A stretch of 64,000 nucleotides of DNA from contig OZ024743.1 in the NCBI GenBank assembly GCA_964016885.1, forward strand, positions 88,474,001 to 88,538,000. Direction: 5' to 3'. Of this stretch, positions 62,248 through 64,000 are shown piece by piece. Origin of the DNA: Eledone cirrhosa (lineage: Eukaryota). How positions within the stretch are numbered: position 1 is the first letter of the stretch; each line of letters opens with the position of its first letter. The notes under the pieces are model-generated. The model did not search any database. It worked only from the letters and a program-made list of their open reading frames with translations, and was not told where the DNA came from. Made by a program: the position numbers and the translations under genes.

Positions 62248-62690
62248 GGTTGACTTTGCCTTTCATCCTTAAGGGGTCGATAAAATAAAGTACCAGTAAT
62301 GAACTGGGTAATTGCTGGCTTTGTGCCTAAAGTAGAAACAATTATTATTCCCAGTTACGTCCCTTTACGGTCTGAGTTCAAATCCCGCCGAGGTTCACTT
62401 TGCCTTTCATCCTTACGGGGTCGATAAAATAAAGTACTAGTAATATACTGGGTAATTGCTGGCCTTGTGCCAAAAAAGTAGAAACAATTATTGATGAAAT
62501 CATAATTAATTGTTTCTACGTTAGGCACAAGGCCAGCAATTACCCAGTGCATTACTGGTACTTTATTTTATCGACCTCGTAAGGATGAAAGGCAAAATCA
62601 ACCTCGGCGGGATTTGAACTCAGATCGTAAAGGGACGTATCTATGCTGGAAAGCATGGCGTCCGACCCTCTACCGATACTGCCAAATGAC
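62248..62690. mobile_element. Cluster of young Meta-domain SINEs: two + copies and one - copy, tail-to-tail
   Basis: 62354-62490 and 62507-62639 are reverse complements separated by ~16 nt. Confidence 0.88.
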
Positions 62691-63408
62691 CTATAATTTA
62701 AAAAAGTCACTCTAAAATATTAATTTTAGCTCACAAAACACACACACGCATATGCATTCTTATATACATACAAATATACACACACATGCATACAAACACA
62801 CACATATGCATGCATATTCTCTCTCTCTCTCTCATACATAATCTTTTGCTTGTTTCAGTCATTAGACTGCAGCCATGCTTGGGCACCACCTTGAAAAGAT
62901 TAATCAACCATATCAACCCCAGTACTTATTTTATTTTTTCAAGTTTGGTTCTTATTTTATCAATTGTTTTTTTTTTATCTTACAGGACAGAAACAAACAA
63001 AATGTAGCCATACACACATGCAATCATATATATACAATGGCATTCGATAGTTTCCATCTCTCAGAAGCCATTGGTCAACACTTGGCTATAGTAGAAGACA
63101 TTTGCCCAAGGCACCACTATATATTTTAAAATAACTTAGCCATCCCTGATTATGTTATCTAAAAAGTAACTTATTATTGTAAATAACTCATTAACTAATT
63201 TGATGAAAATGGTTATAAAACTGTTCTAAATTGTTAACATTGCTAGATATACTATAAACCATTTCAAGTTTTTTATTGAAAAGTATCCATTTTCATCTCT
63301 GAAAGCCAGCACATATGCATTTAAAGAGGCATGCATGTATGTTATAAACATACCTCATGCGAGCACACATGCACACGGTTACTCTATTCTTTTCCTTTCT
63401 CTCTCCAG

Positions 63409-63506
63409 GTGTTATCCTTCTCCATGGTTGGACTGTGGATAACAAATAGATTCTTACATTAACAACTTCAAGTACTTCTAACTAGTACTTAAAGATGTCA
63501 TCTGCT
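63409..63506 (+). other. Putative exon containing a start codon (ATG 63495; M-S-S-A, then intron)
   Basis: Strong acceptor ttcttttcctttctctctccAG, donor GTAAGT at 63507, aaagATG context with A at -3. Four codons are too few to identify the gene. Confidence 0.55.
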
Positions 63507-64000
63507 GTAAGTATCTTTCAGAATTGTTTCTCACACTCTTGCATAGTCTCCAGTGCTTCCTAACATTTTCTTACTAACACCTGTTATCTTGCATTGTCTG
63601 CAGTGCTTCCTAACATTTCCTTACTAACAAGTTATTGACTAATTTCTAGTTTACTAAATTGTGTATTTTAGTCAGTCTTATCTTGTTCAATTGGAATAAT
63701 TGTCTTAATGGTAGAGATAACATGTGCAAGAGAGAGGAAAGAGAAAGCTTTATAGAATGTGAATGTTGGAGTTTAGTTATGGTTATCAGTAAAACCAGTT
63801 ATGTTAGTCACTGAAGGAATCTGTTTTTATATTTATGATACAACATAGTCTGTTAACAATAAACCAGGTATAGTTTATATGAAGCATTGTGAGATATATG
63901 GCTATAATTTTTAGGAAAAGCCATAGCAATGCAAATAATACAAGAGTGAAAACTAGAGTAGAGCTAGAAAACCAAAACGGTTTATATTTTTCATATTTTG

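Overview
AT-rich, repeat-dense eukaryotic DNA with one 200-N gap. The repeat content (tRNA-headed Meta-domain and CORE-domain SINEs with RTE-type tails, RTE LINEs, long (TA)n/(ATC)n runs) points to a mollusc, most likely an octopus; this is inference. No intact host coding sequence is visible. The only long ORFs belong to an RTE-clade LINE family whose RT carries an inserted C4HC3 PHD-type finger; there are about 8 truncated copies, the best at 11782-14085 with a 2-bp frameshift. A motif-dense promoter at ~34550-34660, a splice donor at 35003 and an ATG-containing exon at 63409-63506 suggest one host gene with a ~28 kb 5'-UTR intron. The less obvious signals are: (1) six to eight type I hammerhead ribozyme motifs of the Penelope-like-element kind, two with intact cores, one enclosed by 74-bp inverted repeats and two next to GIY-YIG-like C-terminal remnants; (2) several long fold-back elements, including a Tc1/mariner derivative built from two copies of its own left end; (3) a Helitron, piggyBac-like and Tc2-like MITEs, nested insertions and several minisatellites. 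All coordinates were read by eye and element boundaries may be off by some bases.
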